Source: Bacillota bacterium
GTDB taxonomy: Bacteria; Bacillota; DTU025; MWDF01
Assembly: GCA_017994615.1 (NCBI GenBank)
Contig: JAGOKM010000001.1
Coordinates: 1-62,579, forward strand
Reading direction: 5' to 3'
DNA: 62,579 nucleotides
Shown here: piece after piece, positions 27,414 to 35,768 of the stretch
Layout of the letters: each line of letters starts with the position of its first letter
Position numbering within the stretch: the stretch's first letter is position 1
The notes under the pieces: model-generated
What the model was told of the DNA's origin: nothing
The model's input: only the letters and a program-made list of their open reading frames with translations
The model's database searches: none
Program-made: the position numbers and the translations under genes

Positions 27414-27488
27414 GCGGATGTAGCCCAGTGGTAGGGCAATGGCTTCCCAAGCCATGTGTCGCGGGTTCGAATCCCGTCATCCGCTCCA
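27414..27488 (+). tRNA. tRNA-Gly (anticodon CCC)
   Basis: 75-nt cloverleaf folded by hand: acceptor GCGGATG/CATCCGC, D arm GCCC/GGGC, anticodon stem ATGGC/GCCAT with loop TTCCCAA, T arm GCGGG-TTCGAAT-CCCGT, encoded CCA. Confidence 0.9.
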
Positions 27489-27498
27489 TCATCATGGC

Positions 27499-27723
27499 CT
27501 ATCCTGCATGTCTGGCAATCTCCACCCTGTAGCAACCGTCCTGTTCGCCGACGATGCAGCTTAACTTGCGCCCTTGCGCGAATTCGATTACCTTATCCCT
27601 CGATTCGGGAGAATCAAACGACATTATAACGGGCTTCCCGCACGATATCGTCAGCGCCCTCCTGGCTATTGCTATGGCAAGCTTAGGCCCGAGCCCCCTT
27701 GCGTCGACTTCCACGCACTTCAT
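27499..27723 (-). CDS. TusA/SirA-like small protein lacking the catalytic Cys
   Basis: 74 aa. VDARGLGPKLAIAIARRAL matches the TusA LDxRGLxCPxPxL region, but with Gly where the persulfide Cys normally sits. GGAGG RBS. Confidence 0.5.
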   Translation of the reverse strand: MKCVEVDARGLGPKLAIAIARRALTISCGKPVIMSFDSPESRDKVIEFAQGRKLSCIVGEQDGCYRVEIARHAG

Positions 27724-27937
27724 CGGCAGCCTCCACAGAGCAAATCATGGAATCATGATGTACTGATACAACAATCCCCGCTTCACCGTTATTATAATAT
27801 AAAAGATGTCTTTTTCCTTAGGTCCAGGCCGATCCCCCTGGAGCGCAAAGGCACGAAAACCCGGCTGTCCGCAGATCAACTTGCGCTGCCGTGGGTAGGT
27901 GATATTATTAGATGCATTCGTGAATAGGAGGTGCACC

Positions 27938-28891
27938 GTGCGAAGGACGACAGCGGCTTTCCTTCTTCTTTCACTGCTCATATTCCTCGCATTCTCAGGC
28001 GGCTCATCAGGGGCCGAGGACGGGACGTGGACGGAGACCAAGTTCAATTACGGCGGTTACGCTCGGGAGTACGCATTGTACCTTCCCGCCGCCTGGAAGA
28101 GGGGAGGGCCGCTGGTCGTTTTCTTCCCCGGCTTCACGCTGGGCTACAGGGACTACAGGAAAGGCTCGGGGCTGATCGAAGCATCGGACAGGTACGGCAC
28201 CGCCCTCCTGATACCCAACGGCATGCCGGTAAACCCAAAGTACGGTGCCTGGCTCCTAAACCCCAGGGTCTGGGATATGGGACAGGTAAAGGACAGGAAG
28301 GAGTACATAGACGACTCGGCCTTCGTCGACCGTCTGATAAAGGACGTTACTGCCCAGATAGGGGCCGATCCGTCCAAGACTTTCGTGGCAGGTCATTCCA
28401 ACGGTGCCTATTTCGCCCACTTCATGGTGGGGAAATACCCGGGCCGCTTCGCAGGCATCGCCTCCTTCATGGGCCGGTTTTTCAAGACTGCGTTGCCCAA
28501 GTCCATACCCCCGATACCGACAATCATCTTCAACGGCATGCAGGACCCGGTGCTGCCCATAGAGGGGAAGGAGGGCAAGAACCCCTGGGACAGCGTGCCC
28601 GCAGCCCAGGAATGCATCGACCACTGGGCGACGATCATGGGGCTTGAGAAGCAGCCGTCAAGGCAGCTGCTGGAGGAGGGCGGGTCCCAGCTGGCCTACA
28701 GGGACGCCCTGGGAAGGGTCATGCTCGTAGCCGCCTATATCGACAACCAGGGGCACTGGATACCAGGACACAGACCGAAGGCGATACAAGGCATAGTCGC
28801 AGGCCCCCTGAACCTCAGGTATGACGCCCCGGACAAAGCCTGGAGGATGTTCATGAGCGTGGGGCCTCAAGGCGGCCTCATGCAGATATAG
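27938..28891 (+). CDS. Secreted alpha/beta-hydrolase esterase (PHB-depolymerase/LpqC-like family)
   Basis: Signal peptide; nucleophile elbow AGHSNGAYF; FFPGFTLGY and DPVLP blocks. GTG at 27938 follows AGGAGGTG. Confidence 0.65.
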   Translation: MRRTTAAFLLLSLLIFLAFSGGSSGAEDGTWTETKFNYGGYAREYALYLPAAWKRGGPLVVFFPGFTLGYRDYRKGSGLIEASDRYGTALLIPNGMPVNPKYGAWLLNPRVWDMGQVKDRKEYIDDSAFVDRLIKDVTAQIGADPSKTFVAGHSNGAYFAHFMVGKYPGRFAGIASFMGRFFKTALPKSIPPIPTIIFNGMQDPVLPIEGKEGKNPWDSVPAAQECIDHWATIMGLEKQPSRQLLEEGGSQLAYRDALGRVMLVAAYIDNQGHWIPGHRPKAIQGIVAGPLNLRYDAPDKAWRMFMSVGPQGGLMQI

Positions 28892-28900
28892 CGCGGTAAA

Positions 28901-28929
28901 TTGACACAGGGGCGCGCGGTTGATAAAAT
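28901..28929 (+). promoter_or_regulatory. Near-consensus sigma70 promoter of tRNA-Thr
   Basis: TTGACA (28901-28906), 17-nt spacer ending in TGa (extended -10), TAAAAT (28924-28929), 15 nt before the tRNA. Confidence 0.7.
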
Positions 28930-28944
28930 CAAATTTGCATCGGT

Positions 28945-29019
28945 GCCGGTGTAGCTCAGTGGTAGAGCAGCGCATTCGTAATGCGCGGGTCGCGGGTTCA
29001 ACTCCCATCACCGGCTCCA
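28945..29019 (+). tRNA. tRNA-Thr (anticodon CGT)
   Basis: 75-nt cloverleaf: acceptor GCCGGTG/CACCGGC, D arm GCTC/GAGC, anticodon stem GCGCA/TGCGC with loop TTCGTAA, T arm GCGGG-TTCAACT-CCCAT (one C-A mismatch), encoded CCA. Confidence 0.88.
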
Positions 29020-29028
29020 TGGTTTTAG

Positions 29029-29068
29029 GCCGCGGAGGATTGACGAAATCCCTGCGGCTTTGCGATTT
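29029..29068 (+). terminator. Intrinsic terminator after tRNA-Thr
   Basis: GCCGCGGAGGATT/AATCCCTGCGGC stem (one bulge) followed by TTTGCGATTT. Confidence 0.6.
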
Positions 29069-29089
29069 CCAAGATGCGGGGGCTTAGAG

Positions 29090-29536
29090 ATGAAGCTTGA
29101 CCTTCACGGCATGAGGACAAGGGATGCCGTCGAAAGGTTCATATCGGAATATAACAGGGCCGTCAGGGAAGGGGCCGACAGGCTTGAGGTAGTCCACGGC
29201 TATGGTTCGACAGGCGTCGGTGGGGACATCAAGGCGGCGCTTGCTGCCCTACTTGATGCATACCCGGGCAAGGTAAGATATATTAAAGGGGAGAGCCTGG
29301 GCAACAAAGGCATGACGATAGTCCTGCCGGACGGCCCCCTCCCGCCTCGCAGGACGGCGGTCGACGAGATAGCCATGCAAGCGATGTCAAAGGCGGCAAG
29401 CATACAGGCGATTGAGGAAAAGTTATGCGGCCTCGCCACATCGGAAGAGGTCATGGCCTCTTTGAAATGGCTCGTAGGCTCAGGAAGGGCCGTCAGGGTG
29501 GAGCAGAACGGAAGATGCCTCTATACCAGGAAATAG
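29090..29536 (+). CDS. Smr domain-containing protein
   Basis: LDLHGMRTRDA...VVHGYGSTG matches the Smr LDLHG and HGxG motifs. The start at 29090 lies downstream of the tRNA terminator (the ORF track starts at 29060, inside the terminator). Confidence 0.7.
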   Translation: MKLDLHGMRTRDAVERFISEYNRAVREGADRLEVVHGYGSTGVGGDIKAALAALLDAYPGKVRYIKGESLGNKGMTIVLPDGPLPPRRTAVDEIAMQAMSKAASIQAIEEKLCGLATSEEVMASLKWLVGSGRAVRVEQNGRCLYTRK

Positions 29537-29552
29537 CATAGGAGGACCTGAG

Positions 29553-29939
29553 ATGGCGAACAAGGATGTATATAACTACACGGTCAAGATCGACAGGGAC
29601 GGCAACGCCGAGATGTACAATGAGACCGGCAGGCTCAACTACCCGGAGAATTCGATAAGCTATCTGCTGGTTGGCGTCCTCAGCTGCATGGCGAACACAG
29701 CCGTCGCTATGCTCGAGAAGATGAAGATCGGGTACGAGAAGGTTGTGCTATCAGGGAAGCTCTACATGGTCGACGAGAAGATCCGGTATGGCAACAGGAT
29801 TGAATGCGAGATGAGCTTGGAAGGCGGCCCAGAGCTGGCAGAAGACGTGAAGGAGAGGCTTGCGCAGCTTACAAAGAAATACTGTACCGTATCGGTCACG
29901 ATATCGAGCAACCCGGAGATAACCCTCTCGATGAAGTAG
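29553..29939 (+). CDS. OsmC/Ohr family protein
   Basis: 128 aa; LLVGVLSCMANT and KKYCTVSVTI, the two conserved Cys contexts of the OsmC fold. Confidence 0.65.
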   Translation: MANKDVYNYTVKIDRDGNAEMYNETGRLNYPENSISYLLVGVLSCMANTAVAMLEKMKIGYEKVVLSGKLYMVDEKIRYGNRIECEMSLEGGPELAEDVKERLAQLTKKYCTVSVTISSNPEITLSMK

Positions 29940-29949
29940 GTGCGTCGAC

Positions 29950-30573
29950 TTGAGCAGGACGAAGTCAGTATTCATCAAGATAAAAGATTACCTTCTGGCG
30001 GGCCTTCTGATACTGGCCCCCATAGTGATCACCATCTACGTCCTAATATGGTCATTCAACCTTCTAGACGGCATCCTAGGCCCGTTCATATACAGGATGC
30101 TGGGCAGGAGATTGCCTGGCGTCGGCTTGGTCGCAGGCCTGCTGATTACGCTTCTTGCAGGGTTCATTACCAGAGGATGGCTGGCGCGCCGCATCATGAA
30201 GTGGGCCGAACGCATGGTGACGAAGCTGCCCCTGATAAGACCGCTTTATATGACTATAAAGCAGCTAACGGACGCAATGCTGTCAGGAAGCGACAAGAAC
30301 CTGTTCAAGAAGGTAGTTTTACTTGAATATCCAAGGCAGGGCATATGGAGCGTAGGATTCGTCACTTCAGAGGACGTAGGCGAGATAGGAGAAGAGATCA
30401 GGAGGAAGACTGGCAAGAAACTGGCCTCCGTATTCGTAGTCTCTGCACCTAACCCTACCACAGGCTGGCTGGCTCTAGTGCCGGAAGAAGAGATGACGGT
30501 GCTGGACATCAGCGTAGAGCAGGCATTGAAGCTTGTCGTTTCAGGCGGATACATAAGGCCCGAGGAGAAATAG
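29950..30573 (+). CDS. DUF502-family membrane protein
   Basis: Two N-terminal TM helices, PLIRPLYMTIKQ and VVLLEYPRQGIWSVGFVT blocks typical of DUF502. Confidence 0.65.
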   Translation: MSRTKSVFIKIKDYLLAGLLILAPIVITIYVLIWSFNLLDGILGPFIYRMLGRRLPGVGLVAGLLITLLAGFITRGWLARRIMKWAERMVTKLPLIRPLYMTIKQLTDAMLSGSDKNLFKKVVLLEYPRQGIWSVGFVTSEDVGEIGEEIRRKTGKKLASVFVVSAPNPTTGWLALVPEEEMTVLDISVEQALKLVVSGGYIRPEEK

Positions 30574-30584
30574 GACGCCGGGCA

Positions 30585-30623
30585 AAATTATGCGCCGCGG
30601 CCCACAAAGCCGCGGCGCTTTCC
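30585..30623. terminator. Bidirectional terminator between convergent genes
   Basis: Perfect 10-bp stem GCGCCGCGGC/GCCGCGGCGC (30592-30601/30609-30618), flanked by AAAATTA upstream and TTTCC downstream. Confidence 0.65.
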
Positions 30624-30639
30624 TATCATCCGGGATGCG

Positions 30640-31854
30640 CTACATGTCTTCGGGGGCTTTCGCCAGGGTCACCGTCAGGCTCAACGTCTTACCGTCCCTG
30701 ACCACGCCGATCTGGACTTTCTCGCCTATGCCCTTATCCCTGACTTCCTGGCTGAGGTTGAACTTCGAATCCACCGTCTTGCCGTCGAAGGACTTTATTA
30801 CATCGCCCTTCTTCATGCCGGCCTTCTCGGCCGGGCCCCCTGCTGCGACCTCGGCGACATATATCCCGCTGCTCTCCTTTATGCCGAGCTGGTCGGCGGC
30901 CTCCTGGTTAAGGGCGTAATACCATATCCCCAGCCATGGCCTGTCATATCTTCCGGTGGTCTTAAGCTGGGATATCACATCCTTGACCGAGTCTATGGAT
31001 ATTGCGAAGCTTATTCCTTGCGCGTAGGGGATTATCGCCGTGTTTATGCCGACGACGCGCCCTTCCATGTCGATCAGGGGGCCTCCGCTGTTGCCAGAAT
31101 TGATGGCGGCGTCCGTCTGGATGAGCTCTGCCTGGGAGATGTCCTCGGCCCCGTCGACGTTCGAGAGGTTCCTGTCGAGGGCGCTTACTATGCCGACCGT
31201 GACGGTATGGTCGAATCCGTGCGGGTTGCCTATGGCCACCACCCATTCACCGGGCCTCAGGTCGTCGGATGTGCCGAGCACTGCATATGGCAGGTTCTGG
31301 GCCTCGATCTTCAAGACGGCCACGTCGAATGCGGCATAACTTCCTACAAGCTTGGCGTCGTATACCTTGCCGTCCAGCATGGTCACCTTTATCTGGGTCG
31401 CCTGGTCGATGACGTGGTGGTTTGTCACTATGTAGCCGTCGCTGGATATCACAAAACCTGAACCCGAGCCCGACATCTCGTATTCCTGCCTGCCGAAGTT
31501 CTTGAAAAAGTCGTCGAAAAGAGAGCCGCCCTGGCTTTGGTTGGACGAGACCTTCATTACTACGTCTATCCTGACTACGGCCGGGCTCACCGCCTCGGCG
31601 ATGTCGGCGATAGGCGGCAGGGACGATGCGATGCCGGATATGCCGGACGGAAGGGCGGCTCCCGCCGGCCCATCCTCTTGCGAACCCATTCCTTCCTTTG
31701 TGCCTGTCTCTGTCGATATCCCCTCTGTTTCGCCGCGGGACTTGGTCGGGGCCCATTTATCCCAGCCGTCGTAGAGGATCATGCCGACAGCGAGAAGGCA
31801 CGCCAATATGATTACGAAAGAGATAACCTTGTAGACGCCGTTTTTTTCCGCCAT
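30640..31854 (-). CDS. htrA: HtrA/DegP-family serine protease with PDZ domain
   Basis: N-terminal anchor; TNHHV (His), DVAVLK (Asp), GNSGGPL (Ser); C-terminal PDZ (GDVIKSFDGKTV). Confidence 0.85.
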   Translation of the reverse strand: MAEKNGVYKVISFVIILACLLAVGMILYDGWDKWAPTKSRGETEGISTETGTKEGMGSQEDGPAGAALPSGISGIASSLPPIADIAEAVSPAVVRIDVVMKVSSNQSQGGSLFDDFFKNFGRQEYEMSGSGSGFVISSDGYIVTNHHVIDQATQIKVTMLDGKVYDAKLVGSYAAFDVAVLKIEAQNLPYAVLGTSDDLRPGEWVVAIGNPHGFDHTVTVGIVSALDRNLSNVDGAEDISQAELIQTDAAINSGNSGGPLIDMEGRVVGINTAIIPYAQGISFAISIDSVKDVISQLKTTGRYDRPWLGIWYYALNQEAADQLGIKESSGIYVAEVAAGGPAEKAGMKKGDVIKSFDGKTVDSKFNLSQEVRDKGIGEKVQIGVVRDGKTLSLTVTLAKAPEDM

Positions 31855-31892
31855 TGTATCACTCCCGAGTATCTATATGTTGATATTGCGGT

Positions 31893-32534
31893 TTACCAGT
31901 TCCTCGAATAAGAAGCCCGGCTCGCGCCTGACCCGGTGACGCCGAAGGACTGCACGTACCTGGACAGCCTGGGGTCCTCTATTCTTAAAGTGAGGTCCTG
32001 GCTTGTCACCGTATTGCCCAGGGAAATCCAGCCGTAGCTTGTGTCCGCTGAGGCGGAAGCCTCCTTGACCTCGAGGGATCCGTATCCAAGGGTGTTGAGC
32101 TCAGGCACCACGACCTCGGCCGTCAACGCGCCCGAGGCCTCCTTCCTCACCAGCCCCGCTATGGCCCCGGTTATGTTCACCTTGAAGGCGAGCTGCAATA
32201 TGGGCATGGCGACGAGCGTGCCGACTAGTGCTGCAGGTATGAAGGCCCTTCCCAGGAAAGCGAACAGGCCGAAGCGCCTTGAGCCGGCCGCCTCATCCCT
32301 CCCCATGTCAAGGGCCAGGGCCTTGGCCCGTATGACGCCCATGTCGAATAGGCCGTCAGGAGCCTCTACAGAATCAAGGCTCTCCAGGACCGCCTTCACC
32401 CTCTCGTATCCCTCGAGCGCCTCGGCGCAATGGGCACATGTCATTATATGCCTTTTGACCATCATGGTCTCTTCCGCCGTCAGCTCCCTGTCGAGGTAGG
32501 CCGACAGCAGCCTCTCGTACTTATTGCAGGTCAT
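31893..32534 (-). CDS. Anti-sigma factor (zf-HC2 type), single-pass membrane protein
   Basis: N-terminal C...H-x3-C-x2-C context (MTCNKYERLLSAYLD...HIMTCAHCAEAL) and a central TM helix. AAGGAGGG RBS before the ATG at 32534. Overlaps the sigma gene end. Confidence 0.7.
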   Translation of the reverse strand: MTCNKYERLLSAYLDRELTAEETMMVKRHIMTCAHCAEALEGYERVKAVLESLDSVEAPDGLFDMGVIRAKALALDMGRDEAAGSRRFGLFAFLGRAFIPAALVGTLVAMPILQLAFKVNITGAIAGLVRKEASGALTAEVVVPELNTLGYGSLEVKEASASADTSYGWISLGNTVTSQDLTLRIEDPRLSRYVQSFGVTGSGASRASYSRNW

Positions 32535-33135
32535 GGCCGCCGTCCCTCCTTTGCGCATCCCTGAGCGGCAGGAGCGCCTCCCTTAGGGTCTTCCTTGCCC
32601 TGTGCAGCCTGCTCCTGACAGTCCCTATCGAAGTGCCCATTATCTGGGCGATCTCCTCATAGGAGTAGCCTTCGATGTCGCAGAGTATGACCACCATCCG
32701 GAACTCCGGCTGGAGCGATCCGAGCGCAGACGAGACCCTCGTGTCCATTGAGGCTTTGTCGAGCACGAGGTAAGGGTCTGCGTCGTTGTCAGGAAGCTCC
32801 CTTTGCATGCTGCCCTCGTCCGTACGGACCGGAGCGTCGTAGGATTCGGTCTCCGGGCGGCGCTTCTTCTTCCTGATTTCGTCTATGAAGAGGTTCGTGA
32901 CTATGCGGTACAGCCATTTGTCGAAGGCCGTGTCCTTCTTGTAGCTGTCGAAAGACCTATAGGCCCTCACGAATGCGTCCTGGGCCAGGTCCTTGGCGTC
33001 TTCCGGGTTCCCCGTCATCCTAAGCGCCGCGTTGTATACCGAACCTTGGTGCTTCTTCATCAGCGCCTCGAATTCGTCGATCCTGGACATGCCGCCGGTA
33101 GCGGTGAGCGTCCGTTCGGCAAGCAGCTGCAACAT
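32521..33135 (-). CDS. ECF (sigma-70 family group 4) RNA polymerase sigma factor
   Basis: Region 2 (DAKDLAQDAFVRAY...WLYRIVTNLFIDE) and region 4 (EGYSYEEIAQIMGTSIGTVRSRLHRARK). Confidence 0.85.
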   Translation of the reverse strand: MLQLLAERTLTATGGMSRIDEFEALMKKHQGSVYNAALRMTGNPEDAKDLAQDAFVRAYRSFDSYKKDTAFDKWLYRIVTNLFIDEIRKKKRRPETESYDAPVRTDEGSMQRELPDNDADPYLVLDKASMDTRVSSALGSLQPEFRMVVILCDIEGYSYEEIAQIMGTSIGTVRSRLHRARKTLREALLPLRDAQRRDGGHDLQ

Positions 33136-33201
33136 CCCTTATCCTCCAGTTCGCGGGCTCAAGCCCGTTTGATTGACTAGAAAAACCTTTCAGTTCAGAA
33201 T

Positions 33202-33228
33202 AACGAAAGGGAAATGAGGGTTGTTCCC
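33202..33228 (-). promoter_or_regulatory. Putative autoregulated ECF-type promoter
   Basis: The minus strand reads GGGAAC-N17-CGTT (GGAAC at 33227-33223, CGTT at 33205-33202), about 65 nt upstream of the sigma-factor ATG. Confidence 0.45.
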
Positions 33229-33299
33229 GTATTCCTACAGTAGATTATAACCTGCCATGCCATGCCGATGGCGGAAAAGGAAGGTGCCCGACGACGAAG

Positions 33300-34592
33300 A
33301 TGGAGAGGACCTTGAAGCCACTGCCTGACAGATCGGCCATTCCCGTAAGGGTTGCCGAGGCGGTCTCGCGCCTTAGGAAAGACGGGCATCTCGCCTACAT
33401 AGTGGGCGGCGCGGTGAGGGACCTGATCCTGGAGGGCAGGACGGACGACTGGGACGTGGCAACGTCGGCCCTGCCGGGCAGGGTCATGGAGCTCTTCCCG
33501 AGGAACTCGGCGATGGGGCAGAGGCACGGCTCTGTGATGGCGGTCTTCGACGACGGCACCGTTGACATCACGACATTCAGGACGGATGGCTCCTACAGCG
33601 ACAAGAGGAGGCCAGACGACGTCTCCTTCGTGGGGTCGATAGAAGCAGACCTGGCAAGGCGCGATTTCACGGTGAACGCGATGGCATGGGACCCGGATAC
33701 AGGCGAGCTCATAGACCCTTTCGGAGGGATCGGCGACCTCAAGTCGGGATGCATAAGGACAGTAGGCGACCCGCTGGAGCGTTTCTCAGAGGACGCCCTC
33801 CGCATGATGAGGGCGCTCAGGTTCATGTCGGTGCTGTGCTTCACCATCCGGGACGAAGTAATCGAGGCGATAAAGCAGGCACGCGCAGGAATCGGGAAGG
33901 TGTCGGCGGAGCGCAAGTCCATTGAGCTGGGAAGGATGATCGCAGGCAAGTGCGCCGGCGGGGCGATCAGGCTCTTCGTTGATACCGGCCTTGCGGCGTT
34001 GGTGCTTCCCGGTCTCTACGAAGAGGGGTTGAAGAAGGCCGCAGGGCATATCGACGAGCTGCCGCCCGATCCGTTGGTGAGGCTGGCAGCTCTGCTGTCG
34101 TGCGGAGATCCGACCGGACCCCACAGGGTGGACGCGAACATAAAATCAAGGGCGGACGAGCTCAAGCTCTCAAGGACGGCGAAGTCGCACATGGCCAAGC
34201 TTGCCGAGTCGCTCTACGAAGGCTACCAGCTTGGTGACGGGCCGTCGATAAGGCGCTGGGCCGCCCTTCTGGGGTGGGGCGCGGTCGAGGACGGCATAGC
34301 CATAAGGTCATGGTACGACAGGAATATCAGGAATAAAGGCGACTGGGAGGCCGACGTCGAAAGAATAAGGAAGGTCTTGAGCGAGAAGCCGCCCCTCACA
34401 TTCGAGGAGATGGCCATAAAGGGGACCGACCTGGTGAAGCTGACCGGCAACGCAGGACCCAAGGTAAAGGCGCTTTTAAACAGGCTTTTCCTTGATGTGC
34501 TGGATTCTCCCGACCTCAACACCAAGGAAAGGCTTACGATGCTCGCATGGGTCTATCTCAAGGGACAGGATGTCGGAGGTGTCAGACAATGA
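33300..34592 (+). CDS. cca: CCA-adding tRNA nucleotidyltransferase / poly(A) polymerase family
   Basis: YIVGGAVRDLILEG...DWDVAT and RRDFTVNAMA head-domain motifs. Confidence 0.8.
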   Translation: MERTLKPLPDRSAIPVRVAEAVSRLRKDGHLAYIVGGAVRDLILEGRTDDWDVATSALPGRVMELFPRNSAMGQRHGSVMAVFDDGTVDITTFRTDGSYSDKRRPDDVSFVGSIEADLARRDFTVNAMAWDPDTGELIDPFGGIGDLKSGCIRTVGDPLERFSEDALRMMRALRFMSVLCFTIRDEVIEAIKQARAGIGKVSAERKSIELGRMIAGKCAGGAIRLFVDTGLAALVLPGLYEEGLKKAAGHIDELPPDPLVRLAALLSCGDPTGPHRVDANIKSRADELKLSRTAKSHMAKLAESLYEGYQLGDGPSIRRWAALLGWGAVEDGIAIRSWYDRNIRNKGDWEADVERIRKVLSEKPPLTFEEMAIKGTDLVKLTGNAGPKVKALLNRLFLDVLDSPDLNTKERLTMLAWVYLKGQDVGGVRQ

Positions 34593-35734
34593 AGGTAGTA
34601 TTGGCCCCGGATTCTTTCAAAGGATGCCTTACCGCGGTGCAGGTCTGCAATGCGCTTGAGGGGGGGCTTAAGAGGTTCCTTCCGGGATTGGAGGTCGTCA
34701 AGGTGCCTATGGCGGACGGCGGGGAGGGCACGGTCCAGTCCCTTGTGGACGCAAGCGGCGGCCGGATACTGGAAGTCACAGTAAGCGACCCTCTGGGAAG
34801 GAAGGTAAAGTCCTTCTTCGGCATAATGGGCGACAAGAAGACAGCCGTGATAGAGATGGCGGCAGCCTCCGGGCTCCCGCTGCTGAGGATCGGGGAGAGG
34901 AACCCCAGGATAACCAGCACCCGCGGGACCGGGGAGCTTGTGCTGGCAGCGCTCAATGAGGGCTGCAGCAAGATAATCATGGGGATAGGAGGGTCCGCCA
35001 CCAACGACGGGGGCAGGGGGATGGCGGAGGCGCTCGGAGTCAAGTTCCTGGACAAGGACGGGAAGCCTTTGGCGACCGCGGGCGGGGGCGCCCTGCACGA
35101 GCTGGCCGAGATAGACGTAAGCGGACTCGACCCCAGGGTCAAGGAGACCGAGTTCACGGTCGCTTGCGACGTGGACAATCCGCTGACGGGGCCTAAAGGC
35201 GCGTCGGCCGTTTACGGGCCACAGAAGGGCGCAAACCCCGCCGACGTGGAGTTCCTCGACGCTGCGCTGGTCAGGTATGCAAGGATAGTCAAAGAGCAGC
35301 TAGGCAAGGATATAAACGACATACCCGGGGCCGGCGCCGCCGGCGGGCTGGGAGGTGGACTCATCGCATTCTGCGACGCCAGGCTGAGAAGGGGCGTAGA
35401 AATCGTGGTCGAGGCCACCAGGCTCGTGGAGAAGTGCTTCGGTGCCGACCTGGTGATATCTGGCGAGGGAAGGACGGACTTCCAGACGAAATTCGGGAAA
35501 ACCCCTATGGGAGTGGCCGCGGCTGCGAAATTGCACGACATTCCTGTTATACTTATCAGCGGCAGCCTTGCGTCGGGCTACAGGGACCTGTACTCGCTCG
35601 GGGTGGACGCGCTGTTTGCGATACCCAACGGGCCGATTTCCCTTGAGACTTCCTTGCGGGAGGCGCCGACGCTGCTTGCCGATACGGCGGAGAACGCCCT
35701 GAGGACTTTCGTGTCCGCAAGGGGGCTTAAATAG
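34589..35734 (+). CDS. glxK: Glycerate kinase
   Basis: MKVVLAPDSFKGCLTA N-terminus, GGSATNDGG and ISGEGRTDFQT blocks. ATG overlaps the cca stop (ATGA). Confidence 0.8.
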   Translation: MKVVLAPDSFKGCLTAVQVCNALEGGLKRFLPGLEVVKVPMADGGEGTVQSLVDASGGRILEVTVSDPLGRKVKSFFGIMGDKKTAVIEMAAASGLPLLRIGERNPRITSTRGTGELVLAALNEGCSKIIMGIGGSATNDGGRGMAEALGVKFLDKDGKPLATAGGGALHELAEIDVSGLDPRVKETEFTVACDVDNPLTGPKGASAVYGPQKGANPADVEFLDAALVRYARIVKEQLGKDINDIPGAGAAGGLGGGLIAFCDARLRRGVEIVVEATRLVEKCFGADLVISGEGRTDFQTKFGKTPMGVAAAAKLHDIPVILISGSLASGYRDLYSLGVDALFAIPNGPISLETSLREAPTLLADTAENALRTFVSARGLK

Positions 35735-35768
35735 CTACGGCCCTTTGGGAGGGCCGACGGAGGGTCCT

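Noticed and set aside
27373-29068. A tRNA-flanked segment (tRNA-Gly ... tRNA-Thr) considered as an integrated genomic island.
   Set aside because: There is no integrase, recombinase or phage gene. No direct repeat of either tRNA 3' end is visible. Only two ordinary genes lie between the tRNAs. The locally AT-rich spacer at about 27720-27900 looks like promoter DNA.
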